A stretch of DNA of 64,000 nucleotides. Origin: Moniliella sp. 'wahieum'. Its lineage: Eukaryota. The position numbers and the translations under genes were made by a program. The notes below the pieces were generated by a model. The model did not search any database and was not told the DNA's origin. It saw nothing but the letters and a program-made list of their open reading frames with translations. This document shows positions 38,599 through 51,091 of the stretch, piece by piece. Numbering within the stretch: the stretch's first letter is position 1; every line of letters starts with the position of its first letter. The DNA lies in NCBI GenBank assembly GCA_003971905.1, contig RSEE01000002.1, forward strand, positions 868,001 through 932,000, in the 5' to 3' direction.

Positions 38599-39664
38599 AT
38601 GAGCGCACCCTCGACAAACTCGCCGCCAAGCTGCCTGTGCCCAAGAGCCACGTAGTGCACCCGCTCAAGCAGCCCGACGAGCTCTATCAGGCGCCCTACT
38701 TCTTTCGCCACAATGGCGAGGCCACTGCTTGGTCCACCACCAACAGTCCGTGCCGTTGCCGCATGCTCAAGAACAGCGATGGCGACCGCGTTGCATTCGA
38801 GGTACGCCGTTGCTTCCCTTCCTAGACTCTCCCTTGTTCTTGCTCTTGCTCCTTTGCTCTTGCAGCGGCCCCCACCATTTTCCCATTGAATTCTTGCTGT
38901 ACTCACCACCCCACCGAATGCTCTGTTTTTGTGGTCGCACCAACCAGCTGGAGCTGCGTGAGGAATGTGTCGATGTGGTAATGGACAACGATCTGCAAGT
39001 TATCATCAACCCATTGCACATCAATGAGCGCACGGGGGTGCCTACCGAGACGTTCACGTCCGACATGCGGTACAAGTACGTGCCGCAGCAGATGCTTGCC
39101 AAGGTAACCGTGCCCGTTGTGATTGATTTGAGCAACGAGGAGATGCGCGATGTCGTCTGCTCCTCCATCACGGTGAGCGTGACGATGCGACGGGAAGATG
39201 GGGTGTACGCTAAGGACGTATCGCGTTTTGTATGGTACTTTGGTCAGGCTGCGTCTCAAGGTCCTCGTCTTTCCATTTGCCCCTCCACATCCAACAACAA
39301 CGCCGCGACGAACGGAAAGACTTGCGTGCTCGTGGGTTGCCCCCCGACTACGCATCGACGATTGGCAGTCGCGACCTGGATCGAGGTGAGGCGGGCAACA
39401 AAGGACTAGGCAAGCGGATGCTCAAGGTGACCAAGAAGTGTTTTCTGCCCACCGGGCGCTGGCATTCCGATCCACTATGCTCCGGAACCGTTTGAGAACG
39501 AAGAGCAAGCACAATCGCTTTCGCAGTACATGTCCACTGGCCGCACCGTGCCTCGGCCCATTTCCCTCTCAGACTCGTACGCTGCGCCGTCGTTCAGCGA
39601 ATACAACCCCATTCGCACCGATACCAAGTTCAGGGGGGTGACCACCGAGTCTGGGTACATATGA
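38599..39664 (+). CDS. Hypothetical protein
   Basis: ATG at 38599. An in-frame GT-AG intron 38802-38947 joins ...DRVAFE to LELREEC.... Globular-looking composition, no family recognised, 3' end uncertain. Confidence 0.45.
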
Positions 39665-40778
39665 TATGAGCGCACACCAGGATCGATCCCGCTCTCGCTC
39701 TCCGCCCCGCATTACACTCAACGCTCACTCCTCAGTATCAAGTCTTTGCAACAACAGACAGAGGCAAAGTAGGCCCGGGTATCACCATGTTATGTTTGTC
39801 TTGCCCATTTTCGGTTTTTTTCTTTCACAAAGCATCATGTGCATCATGTCCTCATTGCAATCACTGTGCCCTCTGGCTGCGGGGGAAAAGGCGCAATAGA
39901 GAGCAGTTGATATATATATTGGCCAGATTTTATCTTTTTGTCGTTTTTACCTTCCGCACCAAGGCACTCTCGAAGGGCGGTGAAGCCGGTGAAGCTTGAA
40001 GCCAAGTCGAAGATCCAGATCTGCCTTGGCCTACACACATCTCCCCTCCACATTCCCCCCTTAATCCCCCCCCTTAGTTTGATGGTTAGCCTAGAGTGCC
40101 CACGCGCAGTATAGGCGCCCATTACGGTCGGCCAAGGCATCATGAGGGATGGATGGCGTTGTAGGGGGAGGGGGGGATATATCTGCTCGACACGTGTGGG
40201 TGCGAAGGAGGGGATCATGGAATTAGTAAAGCGCAGGAAACAACAGTCAACAAACATTATGTGCATCACATGCTCCCTAGGACAAACGGCTGTACATCCA
40301 GCATTATTGCAGGCAATATAAGTGTAATTAGATTGAAGGGATACGTTATGAGCCTCCAGGGCACAAGCAAAGCTAGATTCATCTTCTACGTTCCGTGCGG
40401 CGCACCTGGCTGACCTGGACGGTAACAGATGAATCAAGAGACGAGGATGGGACGGAAGACCATTGGTCTTTAGGATCCGACCTGACCCGACCCGACGCGG
40501 GCACTGACATTCGGCTGCGCGGTGCGCCTGCAAAAATCTAAGAGGGTAGGGCAAATTCGAGCCAGATAAGAAGTAGTATAGTCCAGGGAGTAAAGTAGGA
40601 AAGAGGCCAACAGCAAAACAAGATAAGGAGCGGGGGGGGTGTACAGGAAGAACCTTCAATTAAGGCGTGGGAGCGAGTGTGGGGGGCTAGGTAAGACAAG
40701 CGGACGAGACTGCATCCACGGGGAAGAAAACGTGGATCATCGCGAACATCTCAGAGTTGATGGGAAAACTGGAAACAA

Positions 40779-43700
40779 TCACCAATCACCAATCACCATT
40801 GGTATCCGGACCGCGCTTGGGCGTCCGCACGAGCTTGACGCACCGCGTCGCGTGATCCAGAGGGAAGGAGCGTGTTGGGAAGGGTGCGTGTACGTGTACC
40901 ATCCGCTCAAGTTGGATGGATTGGTTGGGATGATGAAGGATACTGGCCGTAGCCCGTAGGTCCCTGGGCCGCCGAGCCGGTAGCGTACTGCGGAGCTGAG
41001 GGTGGCGGGCGTGGGCCCAAGGGGGCTCGGGGGTGCGAGGGAGGTGCTGCCCGAGCTTGGGCCGGCCTGCATAGGCGTACCATGGATTGTCCCTCCTTTC
41101 CGAGGGGGAAGGTAGCGCTGGTGGCATTGCCGAGGCAGGCTGTGCAGCTGGACGGGGCGTAGTGCTGGTGGTACCATTGGTTGTACGCTTGGCGCTCCGC
41201 CTGGGAACTTCACCGTCTGTCTCGGTTGCCCTTGGTTGGATGCAGCACACGAGAGGCCGACTGAGCACGTGGCCGATCCCTTGCCCGAGCAGCTTGGTGC
41301 GCCGCCCCAGTGCTGCGCCCGTGAGCCTTGTGGGTACCTCTGGCTGGGAGGGGGGGCAGGTAGCTCTGTGCCAGGGAAAGGCTCTGCCCTCCAGGCTGGG
41401 ATCGAGAGCGAGGCCGCGTAGCGGGAAGGGACAGGGGGTTGCGTTCTTGGTTCAGCATGCCCACGTCGTTGCGCGCTTGGATGACCATAGACTTGCCAGT
41501 CTGGCCTGACATCAGTTAATTCGGCTTCGCGTGGGCGTCCGCGACGTGGGAGGGGCGACGCGCCCCACCCGGTGGTGCTGTTGTCTGTGGCGGACTCGTG
41601 TCCAGAGCCGTCCGTCAAGGCCAAGGCGCCAATTGCACCCGCGGCATCCGAAGGTGCCAAACTGTCAGGGCGAGCGCCAGCCCAGCTGTCTTGCTGGTTG
41701 GGGGTCAAGGAGGGTGCGACTGGCACTGCGCGCATCGTTGAAGCGGGTTGTTGGGTGGCCCGCCCAGGCTGATTCTGCCCTCCAGTTTGAGGGGACTGGG
41801 TGTGGGTTGGAATCGGGGCGTTCGCATAGATGGCTGGGCACGCGGGTTGGGTGGTTGGGTTGGCCGAGGCAGGGCTGTTCCTGGGATGGCTGAGAATAAT
41901 AGGACCCATACCCGGGGGCGTAGGGGACATACGCGTATTGGTTTTGACCAGTGCCTCGGAAAGCTGTTCCGCCCAGCTCGGCTAAGGCAAGGTTGCGGGT
42001 CGTGCCATCAGCAAAGGTATCGGTAGAGATGTCGCGGGTATGGCGAGCACCCACGTCGTATCCGTAAACATACCCAGTGGGATCCACCTGTTTGCTTTCC
42101 CCCTCCATAAAGCCCTCCTTATTATCGCCCATCGTACTGATGGTGGTCGAGGACACTTTCTTGCTGTGAGCCACCGCGTACTCGTATCCGCCGCAGCCGC
42201 ACTCGAACCGCGTTGGAGCCCATGCGATGAGGGCCCATGCGGGTACCTGCGCGATCGGCCATGGCGTACTCGTCGTCTTGCATAAGGTGTGTGCTGCTTG
42301 GAGTGATGCGGTTATTGCCATAGGACTTGCCCACCCCAAACTCTGAACCTAAGGCAGGGGCGTACTGTCATACCGTCCCATGCGGCCGCTAACAGCGTCG
42401 TCTTGGCCCGTTCTTCTTACGGATGCAAGCCACAGCAATGGCCGCGGCGATGATCGCAGCCAAGGCGCCCTCCGCCCGCAGCAGCCGCAATGATGATGAT
42501 CTTTTTGGAGACGAAGAGTGGACGATACGTGACCAGTGAACCCACCGGGAAGACCCGGTGGGTGTTGGAAGCCGACGAACCATTGGCGGAACACAGACTT
42601 TTGGAACCATCGTCGGCCCCCAAAACGACGTTGAGATTGGCACCATGGCCGAGCTGTCAGGAACGGTGACAACAACGTGCCATCTGGTCCAACAGTAGCA
42701 GTCTGCTGTTTCTTGCTAGCGTCGGTTTGATTGATCTGGTGGGGTGCGCCCGTCCCCTTCGATTCAAAGTCCAGGCCGTTCCAGGTAGTGTTTTGGGTTG
42801 CGGTGATGATGCCGCCTCTAGTGCCGAGAGAAAAACGTTTTCCCTTTGAGGTTCGGTACGGAGACTGAATGAGGCACCGGGTGGAGCCTGGCGCTTGCCA
42901 GAGGGAAATGCCGTGCTTGTTGGCGCTTCTGAGGAGGGGGCGAATCAACATTGGCACCACAGGGTTGGCATTGAAGAGAACGATGCTTTGAAGCTTGTTT
43001 TGGCGGTACACTGCGTACGCAGCCAAACGGTTGTTGTAGTTGCCGGGAACATTGTTGAGGTCAACAGTGGCAATGTTTGTATTGCAACCTGTCCCAAGAA
43101 TCTGGCTCATAGCTGCAAAGGCATATAGCTCGACCGCACATGAGGGCCAGTTGTTCCTTGCATATTGGGCTGCCAAGGGGCGGCATAGGAATTGTCTGTC
43201 ATGTGCATTTGCACGCTCGATACTCCCACGGTTGAAGCATACAAGAAAAGTTGAACGTCCAAAGCGAGTTGGCTGTCAAACGCAAATACATCGATCCAAT
43301 CAGTATTCTTTTCGTTTTCACGCCTTCCCGGAACAAAGAGGCGGCATAAGCGGGGGGTGAAAGCGTACCAAACGTATCACTGATGCCCTTGATGCCTGTA
43401 GGTCCACCGAACCCATCTCTCGGATATAATACGGCTTGCCAGTTTGGTTGGCTGTTGCGCTTGGCTGCTCCACTCTGAAAATTGCTGGGCCGTGGCCGGG
43501 AGGTTAAGCACCTGTCGATGGTCAGTTGGGAGTTCGAGACGCCGACGTAAACTTGTTCGATACACACAGGGGTCAGTTTCGTCCTTTGGAATCGCACAAG
43601 AGAAGGGGCGCAACTCACAATAGTAGTCGTGTTGAGACCAGCCCTTGAGGTATTGACCATTGGACGAAGCGACGGCTGTGCTCATCAAGTTGGAGATGCG

Positions 43701-44458
43701 ATACGGATGGCCGTTTTTGGTGGCCGTTGTCGCGTGCTGGCCGCCTCAAACATGTCTTGCGCAGCTTTCGAGGCTTGATCACTTGCTGGTACACAGCATC
43801 GGCTTTGGCGAGCCACTCATTACCGTAGTCGTCCACAGTCCATGAGGAAGGACGGTACTGATTGACCAAGTACAGGTCGGGCTCGTTTCCAATCTCAAGC
43901 GAATTGATGGTGACCTTTTTGATGGAAGAAAAAAAAGGTGGTCTGGTCAATCACCCTCGAGATTGAGTCGTTGGCATTGTAGGCGAGGTTGAGGCCAAAT
44001 GTAATCGGGTGCCCTTGGGGAAGTTGTCCATGGCTTGGTAGTAAGCCGGGCCATAGGTCCAACTATCTGTTTGGGAACCCTTTTTACCTGGGCCTTGCGC
44101 GTTGGGGTTGTTCTCGATACCAAGAGACTTGTTGGATGGGTCGTAGAGCATGTTGTCGCCGCTGTTGCCTCCGACTCGAATATGGGGGGCGCACCCATGT
44201 AGGTGGCAATGTTGCCTAGAAGCTGGTTGGTGAGCGGGTTGGGAGCATCGGCGGCAGTAAAGGCGAGGAGGTTGCTGGGCTCGATGCCAACGCCCATGAA
44301 GGTGGCGTCGATGACGGGGGAGACACCCTTGGCCATGCCGTTGATGGTCGCTGGTGGGGTGAGCGTTACTTGTTGGGCTGCCACGGGCGCCGGGCCCAGA
44401 GACAGAGAAAGGAGGGTGGCGGCCAGCGTTGCAGCAGCGGCAGCGGCATGCTGACCAT
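40779..44458 (-). CDS. Glycoside hydrolase family 79 (beta-glucuronidase-like) with signal peptide, TM helix and long low-complexity tail
   Basis: Hydrophobic N-terminus, GVGIEPS, IRVGGNSGD, EIGNEPDLY (acid/base motif) and WSQHDYY. TM segment at about 42420-42500 followed by RKK. Introns and frameshifts; the 3' end is uncertain. Confidence 0.75.
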
Positions 44459-45536
44459 GATGGCGAGATGAACCGCGGCCGCAGATACACGGGGCTGGAC
44501 GCGGGGGAGAGAGAAGAAGGGGGAGGAGAAGGAGAAGGATCGGGTGGAAGAGGAGGTGGTGGGGGCCGGTGGGGAGCGGGGCGACGGAGGCGGCGGTGCG
44601 GGGAGGCTGCATGCTGGTGCTCGCGGGCGGTCTGCCGCAGCTGGACGGATGGAGCGCATGGAGCGCAGGCAGCTCGCTCGCTGTTCTGATGGCTCGCTCC
44701 CAGCCAGGCTCCACTTTTGAGCCTGCTCGCTCCCGCACACGCCCCCACGCACGCGCTGGTGCCAGGCGGATGCTCCGCTGGATGGATGCCCATCATCCAT
44801 CATCGACATCATCCATCATCCATCCCACACACGACAGGGTCTCGCAACATCCTCCCTCCCCACGGCCACTGCCCTCCGCCCCGCCCCGCCCGCCCTCCCA
44901 CGTCGCTGGCCAGGGCCCACCAGTCAACATGCAACGAAGCCACTCAGCCACTGTACTCAGGCTTGGCTCAGCGGACAGCCCCAGACTCAGCCACTGGAAG
45001 CTTGATCCCCATCGGTCCCCCCATCCCGCTCGTATTGGCTTGCCACGCGCTAATGAGACCAGCTCCCCGCAGATCCAGCTCCAGCGCCCAGCAGGCTCCA
45101 ACTCCAGCGCCAAGCACCACCCTCCACTGAATATTGAATCGCGGCCTGCACAAAGCACGTGCGGCCCACCCATCCCATCTACGTCCCTGCCGGTCTTTCG
45201 CCAGGCACTGCCTGAGCTCACGTGTTTGTACAGACAGACATGCACTTCGTTCGTACTACGAAGCCAGAAGGCGTTTTGGCGCAGTTTTGCCAATACAGAA
45301 GACCAACCTCAATCTCGATCTCACCAGCCACCCTCGTCGATCACCGATCATCGTACATCATGCATCAAAGTTGAGCGTGCATCCACCGTCAGCAACGTTG
45401 AGTTCTACGGCAACAGCGTGGCTGCCCCCCCCCCGCCTCGCCTCAACATTCAAGCTTCAAGCTTCCAGTTCCAACCTGTTCCAACGCTGAACGCTGAATC
45501 CCAAGCTCCGCTGCTCCTCGCATCTCACCCATCACA

Positions 45537-46780
45537 TCACAGCTCCACCTCACCCAGGAACATGGTCATATCCGTCGAGCTGGACAGCAAGATGGGCTCC
45601 GCAGGGTGGAATGCGACGGCGGTGCAGGTACCTCTGTGGCCAGGGAGTTTGTACAGTGTCTTTCCGCTCTCTACGTCCCAGATTGTGGACGTCCGATCCG
45701 CTCCGCCACAGCTGATCTTGGTGTTGTCGGCGCTCCAGGCAATACGGATCAGCAGACCCTCAAATCCAGCAGGAGCGCCTTCGAGCGTGCGGACCAGTCG
45801 GGGGGACCCCACGTGACCCGCTGCAGGTTCTGGGACAAAAGGACGCACATCCCAGATCCGCACCGTCGAATCGAGCGAATACGTGGCAAGGAAGGAGCCG
45901 TTGGGACTGAGGGAGGAAGAGAGGATGGTGTCGGTATGGCCTTGCAGATTGAAACTGATGAGCTTGCGACTCAGATCGTAGGCGTGCACTTCGTTGTCTA
46001 CGCCCGAAACATAGACTTGCATTCCATCGTTCGAAAACTCGACCGAGGTAACCGGGTAGCCAACACGAATGCGTTCCAATGGCCATCGCTCCCCCTCGGG
46101 ATCCCACACAAGCACCCACCCATCGTTGCCCCCCGACACAAGCAGTTCCCGGTCCAGCCCTCGGGTGCACGCCACACAATTGACCACGTCCTTGTGCGAG
46201 CGCAGACGGCGCACCTTCTCCCCCGTCGCCCCGTTCCACACAATGATTGTTGAGTCGGCAGAGGCACTGTAGAGACGGGGTTGTAACCTTGGCGCCGTAG
46301 GCGACCAACACAGGCAGTGACCGCCTTCTTGTGGCCTTGCAAACGACCAATATTGCGATTTTCGCCAAACGTCTCCCATAGTGCTAATGGTAGGCGTGGT
46401 TAGTGGCTGTCTTTTCCGCAAATGAAGGGAGGGATGAATGGCTCACAGATGAAGTGATCCCCGCCAGCGGCAGCAATGAATTGGCCATCGGGAGAAAATT
46501 TGCAATCAAGAATTCGGCCTGAGGAGAAAAGAGGTTAGTACAATACCTACAAAACCAGTATGGCCCCAAATCGCAACATACTGAATGGCCTCCGTGAGGG
46601 ACACAATAGGTGCCTGCAGATGGCTCAGCCGCTTGACCGTGTGGACAGGGCCCTTAGCCTTGCCACCCTGGGCGGTGGTGAGCGCCATCTGCTTGGAGGC
46701 AGGTGCATCCTCGGGGTCGTCATCGACGCGAGCGCGCTTGACAAGCGCCGAGCAGGGTACGCGCCGGCCAGGGTGGACAT
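45537..46780 (-). CDS. SNRNP40: U5 snRNP 40-kDa WD40 protein (Spf38/Cwf17)
   Basis: VKRLSHLQAPIVSL, LYSASADSTI, LQGHTDTI, DSTVRIWDVRPF, LYKLPGHRG and FHPAEPILLSSSTDMTMFLGE. At least one intron near 46520-46580. Confidence 0.9.
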
Positions 46781-47000
46781 AGCGATGGTGGTGTGGTGGT
46801 GGGGGGGGGGGGCGTAGATGGTTGAGAGATTGAAATGCAAGCCCGAATCTGGTTCCGCTTCCGGCCGGGGATGTTATTCCGCCCAGCGCGGAAGGGATGT
46901 GTGATGGGTTGCACCGAGCGGGGAGCGTTAGTAATCCCAGCCCTGCTGGTGGGGGACCGCCTCGTTCTGTCGACCACCAGCCACTGCACGACGACCAAGC

Positions 47001-47411
47001 ATGCCTGTTCCCTGGGACGCTCTCCTGCCTGCGGCATCATCCTTGCCTTCTATGGTTCTGGGGCCAGGCCCAGTACCAGGAGCCCGGTTTGCCAACGAAG
47101 GCAAGGTATGTGTTGTCTCCCCTGCACCATCATGCGCCATCTAACTTGTAACCGTTTTCCCTCTTGCAGAACCCGCGCATCAAGCATGACAAGTGGATCG
47201 ACATCATGATGAGTCGAGACCGGAGCCTGACAAACACATATCGAGGTCAACGGGTACGTTCATGACTGCGACTCCGCGTCCCCGCTCCCACCCTCCCTCT
47301 GTCGTTGCCGACGGACAACACTAACCCCTGTGACTCTTTGCAGACAGACCCCGAGGCCCCGCCAGAGTTCATGCCGTCGACTCACAGTCGACGCTCTGGC
47401 GCATGCAGTAA
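47001..47411 (+). CDS. NDUFA1: Complex I subunit NDUFA1/MWFE (not in the ORF track)
   Basis: Exons 47001-47105, 47170-47253 and 47344-47411 with canonical GT-AG introns give MPVPWDALLP.GIILAFYG...RFANEGK|NPRIKHDKWIDIMMSRDRSLTNTYRGQR|TDPEAPPEF, the fungal MWFE pattern. Small indels present. Confidence 0.8.
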
Positions 47412-47941
47412 GCAATTCATTGTACCCGTTGTCCTAATCTTCAAGATTCATCTTGAACGTTTGGCCAGCCTGGCGCTCAACAAAGCCCTTTCCAGGAATG
47501 GTGCCAAACAGCAATTGCGTTGCTTCGTTGCAGTCGGGGTTTGGGCCCGTCGCCTTAGATGGGGCTGGAATGTCATCCAGACCATGAGATGCTAGCCTTG
47601 CAACTGCCTTAGTATACACGTTGGCCGGAATGTAGGTGCTGAAGAGTATGAGAGACTGGCAGTTATATAGTGAGGCGTGAGGGCCAATAGCGGAGAAACC
47701 ATTCGCGGCAGATACGGTCAAGGCAATGCCTCTGGATCTATGGCCAACTCATGGGTGTATGGTCAATGAACCTAGTGTCCTGATGGTGTAGAGGTCCGTC
47801 ATGGAAGGTTACAGTTTGGGTACTATGTACGTTGACACGAGCGGTGAGTAAAAAAAGGGGGGAAGGTAAGGAGCTAAGCCATCTGAAGTGGGCAGGGGAA
47901 GTGTGGACAAGAGATAAAAGGATCTTGCCGCAAGCGCAAGC

Positions 47942-48517
47942 TTAAGCAGTCAAGAGCTGTAGCCCGCGTACACCGTAGTGCCATCAAAGCGAACTGGCCG
48001 AGTGTAGAAATGACGAAGCCGTGGTAGCGGCCAGCGGGCTTGCCAGTGCTATACCCAAGTGTGTAGGCCACGCGACCACAATCCACAAAGGCAGCAGCAG
48101 CCGCGATACGTGGGTGAACCAGGCCCGAGATGATGGTCGTGGCCAAGACAGAAGGGTACTGGACGAAGAAGCGTGTCAGTTACAATACAATGAAGGATGA
48201 TCATTCCCCGGTAGGATAAGGACGAGGACATACGTTTTCGAGCGTGTTCTGGTGCTACATGTTCAGGTAGAACAGGAGGAGGTTAGTAAACAGAAGAGGT
48301 GTCCACAGAGACGGATACGTACAGCACGTTGGGTGCAATTGAAGATGTTAGCCTTGGGATCGGCCTCAGCCACGCTCTCTCGGCCATGGTGTAGGGGTAG
48401 GGCACGGCAGCCTTGGGGCTTTTCCGACGAGGGTGCATTGCCAAAAAGTCAACACGGAGGAGGCAGCGACGGCGATGGCGACGAAATAGTCTTGGGGAGA
48501 GAAACAGCGAGTGACAT
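47942..48517 (-). CDS. MAPEG family protein (microsomal glutathione S-transferase 3-like)
   Basis: KAAVPYPY...FNCTQRA|HQNTLEN...GRVAYTLGYSTGKP..R. Two short introns within about 48170-48325; frameshifts. Confidence 0.85.
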
Positions 48518-49199
48518 GGTGGAGAGGGGCGGTGGTGGTAGAAGTTGTGGGGGCAGCTAAGAGGCGAGATCTGCATTCCTTCGGCAGTCATCGGCTGATG
48601 TGTTTATTTGCGGGTGATGACGTGGAGCAGGCAGGGTGACCGGTGACCGGTGACCGCCATCGTAGCACTGTGGCTCCCTGGATTATCCTCGGCGCATGCG
48701 CCTTCCCGTGGACTCCGGTGCTACCGACCGAAACCACTTCCACTCGAGCCTTCGTCTCCCTCTGTGCGCGCGACCAACTCTCCCTACTAGTGTTACAGGT
48801 TATACGCGGGCCTCCGCTTTCGTCCGCCCCCCAAATGCAGCGGAAGCGTAGTCACTAGTCACTATCAGGCCGATCGGACCGGAACGGTCTGGTTATGTCC
48901 GGCGTGGCCAAAGCGGCCACCAACGTCCCTATACGCATCTTTGAGTAGCTTTCCCAAAGGATCCATTGGCGTCTCCGCCTCCCTTTCTTCAGTCCTGTTG
49001 GGCCACCGGGCGGCTCGTGCTTGGGCCCAAGCCCCTTCAGTCCCCCTCAGGCCTAGGAATTCCTGTTGTATTGTCTCTCTCATGTTTGTCTTTGTTCCGC
49101 AGCTTAGCCCCTGGTGACAATTCCCTGCTTGATGTTCCTCTGTAGTAGGTGTTGCTGGTTGGCTTAGACCACCACTACCACAAGTGCGATTGCATCTAG

Positions 49200-49760
49200 C
49201 TCCACAGTTTGATGCAGGAAAAGATGACGAGGTGGAGAATTGACCAAGTCCAAAACATCTCCAAGCTGGCTAAACAGCAGTGTGCACTCTGTGGGTAACC
49301 CAGCCCCCCTCACTTCGCTTATCAGCACAGCGCAAGACAGAGCCGTCCGGTGTGCTGAAGCGAACTCACATCTCATAATCCTCACCCTCGGCCGGTCGTC
49401 GGTGGTGGAAGCACTCCTCAAGCGGCAGCCAAACACCGCACTTTTCCCTTCTGGTGCTGGAAGCGCCCCGGGCATATGGGGCCACAGCACGGCGGCCAAC
49501 CTATAGCCAAGGCGGGGATCGATACGCTGCTCATACCGGATGCCAGTTTGTATACGCGTAGATGGGCAAGATGACCAAGGCTCAGTCGGTGGGCACTTTA
49601 TGTTTTAGCCAGTGGCGCCAAGGGGATCGAGGCGGGTGGAGAGGTGGTAGCTACGGCAGCCATTGCAAGATACACTCCACCCCCTTCATCATTGTAGCGG
49701 ACACGTACAAGGTCTGTCCCAACTGGGACCACTTCCCCACCAAGACGGCGCATTCCCCAT
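49200..49760 (+). pseudogene. Degenerate eIF2B beta-subunit (GCD7-like) fragment
   Basis: ILTLGRSSVVEALLK, GH..AANL.KAGIDTLLIPDASLYA*MGKM and KIHSTPFIIVADTYKVCP match the eIF2B regulatory-subunit C-terminal domain. It has an in-frame TAG and several indels. Confidence 0.55.
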
Positions 49761-49975
49761 ACTGCAGCCCTACCTTTCTGCCGCGCTCGAAGAGCAGCTT
49801 GGTCCCCGGCCGCCACACCATTGGGTTGGTCACGCCGCCCTGCCATCTCACCTTTTGCTTTTTGTCCTTAGTCTGTTGCTCTCGTACGCCAGGGGTAGCA
49901 GAGTAACTGTGCCTTGTCCTTTCCTTCTCTCTTTCTCTCTCGCTCACTCCGGAGAGTAGGGGGAAAGGGGAAACC

Positions 49976-51091
49976 TCACAATGCACTCCAATGGCAAATG
50001 CAATCTTGTGAATCAACAGCTGGAGGAGTGCACGAGAGACCAGAGATGGGTTCCGCGACGTCCATCACATCTCTGCGAGGTGAGCCGGAGGCGGAGGTAC
50101 AGCGTATCAATGTCATGCCCCCCGCCCGTCTTAACTCGGCGCCTACGACGAGAGGAGCTGAGGCAGCAGCACTTGGGCTGAGTCCGTGGGTCGGTGGGTG
50201 GGCGCGGTACAATACTGAGGTACTTTGGCCTGGGAGCGGGCAAGCGACAGCAGGGTGCACTAAGGCTGGGAGCACAACGAGCTCGATGGATGGGACAAGT
50301 GTTGAGGAGGAACAACAATAGGACCCGTGGGCCCTCAACAAGGATATGCTTATTGAAACAACGTAACGGGGAGGCAGGATGGGGAGGAGGAGGATATGGA
50401 CAACAAGTGTGGAACCGAACAAAACAATACAAAACAACAACGTCTGTGGTGAGGTATATAGATAGTAGACGACGGAGGAAGCGGCCGAGGTGAGGGCGTA
50501 GAGCGACCCACAGCCGTAGGTGAGGGGAGGCAAAGGTTAAAGCAAGGAAGGCAAGGAAGATCGCCGTGCGTTCCAGCAGGTGGAGCAGTAAGCTGCGAAT
50601 TCATTCGGACGGCGGTAGGCCAACTGGCAAAACACGTCGCACTGCGAACATTGCATGTTCTTGATTCGATTGCTTGACCTGTGCGATCAAGGAGAAGAAG
50701 CATTGGGTTAGCTGGGTGTGGGGCGCGTACAGGTGCGCATGGCGGAGGGGGGGCGTACCATCCGATGTAAGGGCCGGTGCAGGTGCGGGGGGTGCATGTC
50801 AGGGTGGCGCGCAGGAGGGAGGTGGCGACGGGCGAGTGGGGCGGGGCGAGCATAATGCTGCTAGGGGGCGATGTGATTGAGGATGAAGATGAGGCGGAAG
50901 AGGCCAAAGCGGGGAGAAGAGGAGGAGGGGGAAGCGGTGAGGCCCATCCGGGGGGATGGAGTGGTGGAGCTGGAAGCAGGGAGGGTTGTCATGCTGGTGG
51001 TATGGGGGAGGAGGAGAGGCGCAATGGGCGGAGGAGACGGAGCGAGAAGAGGAGGCGAGGGAGCGAAAAGAGGAGGTTACCGTGTGGGCAT
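49976..51091 (-). CDS. Possible spliced hypothetical gene with a C2H2-like zinc-finger remnant
   Basis: Ser/Pro-rich ORF pieces and MQCSQCDV..F near 50620-50660, plus intron-like pyrimidine tracts. Weak. Confidence 0.25.

Noticed and set aside
44569..45816. 415-aa plus-strand ORF and other long antisense ORFs (e.g. 1704-2765)
   Set aside because: Shadow ORFs expected in GC-rich DNA. They overlap real genes on the opposite strand and lack recognisable domains.
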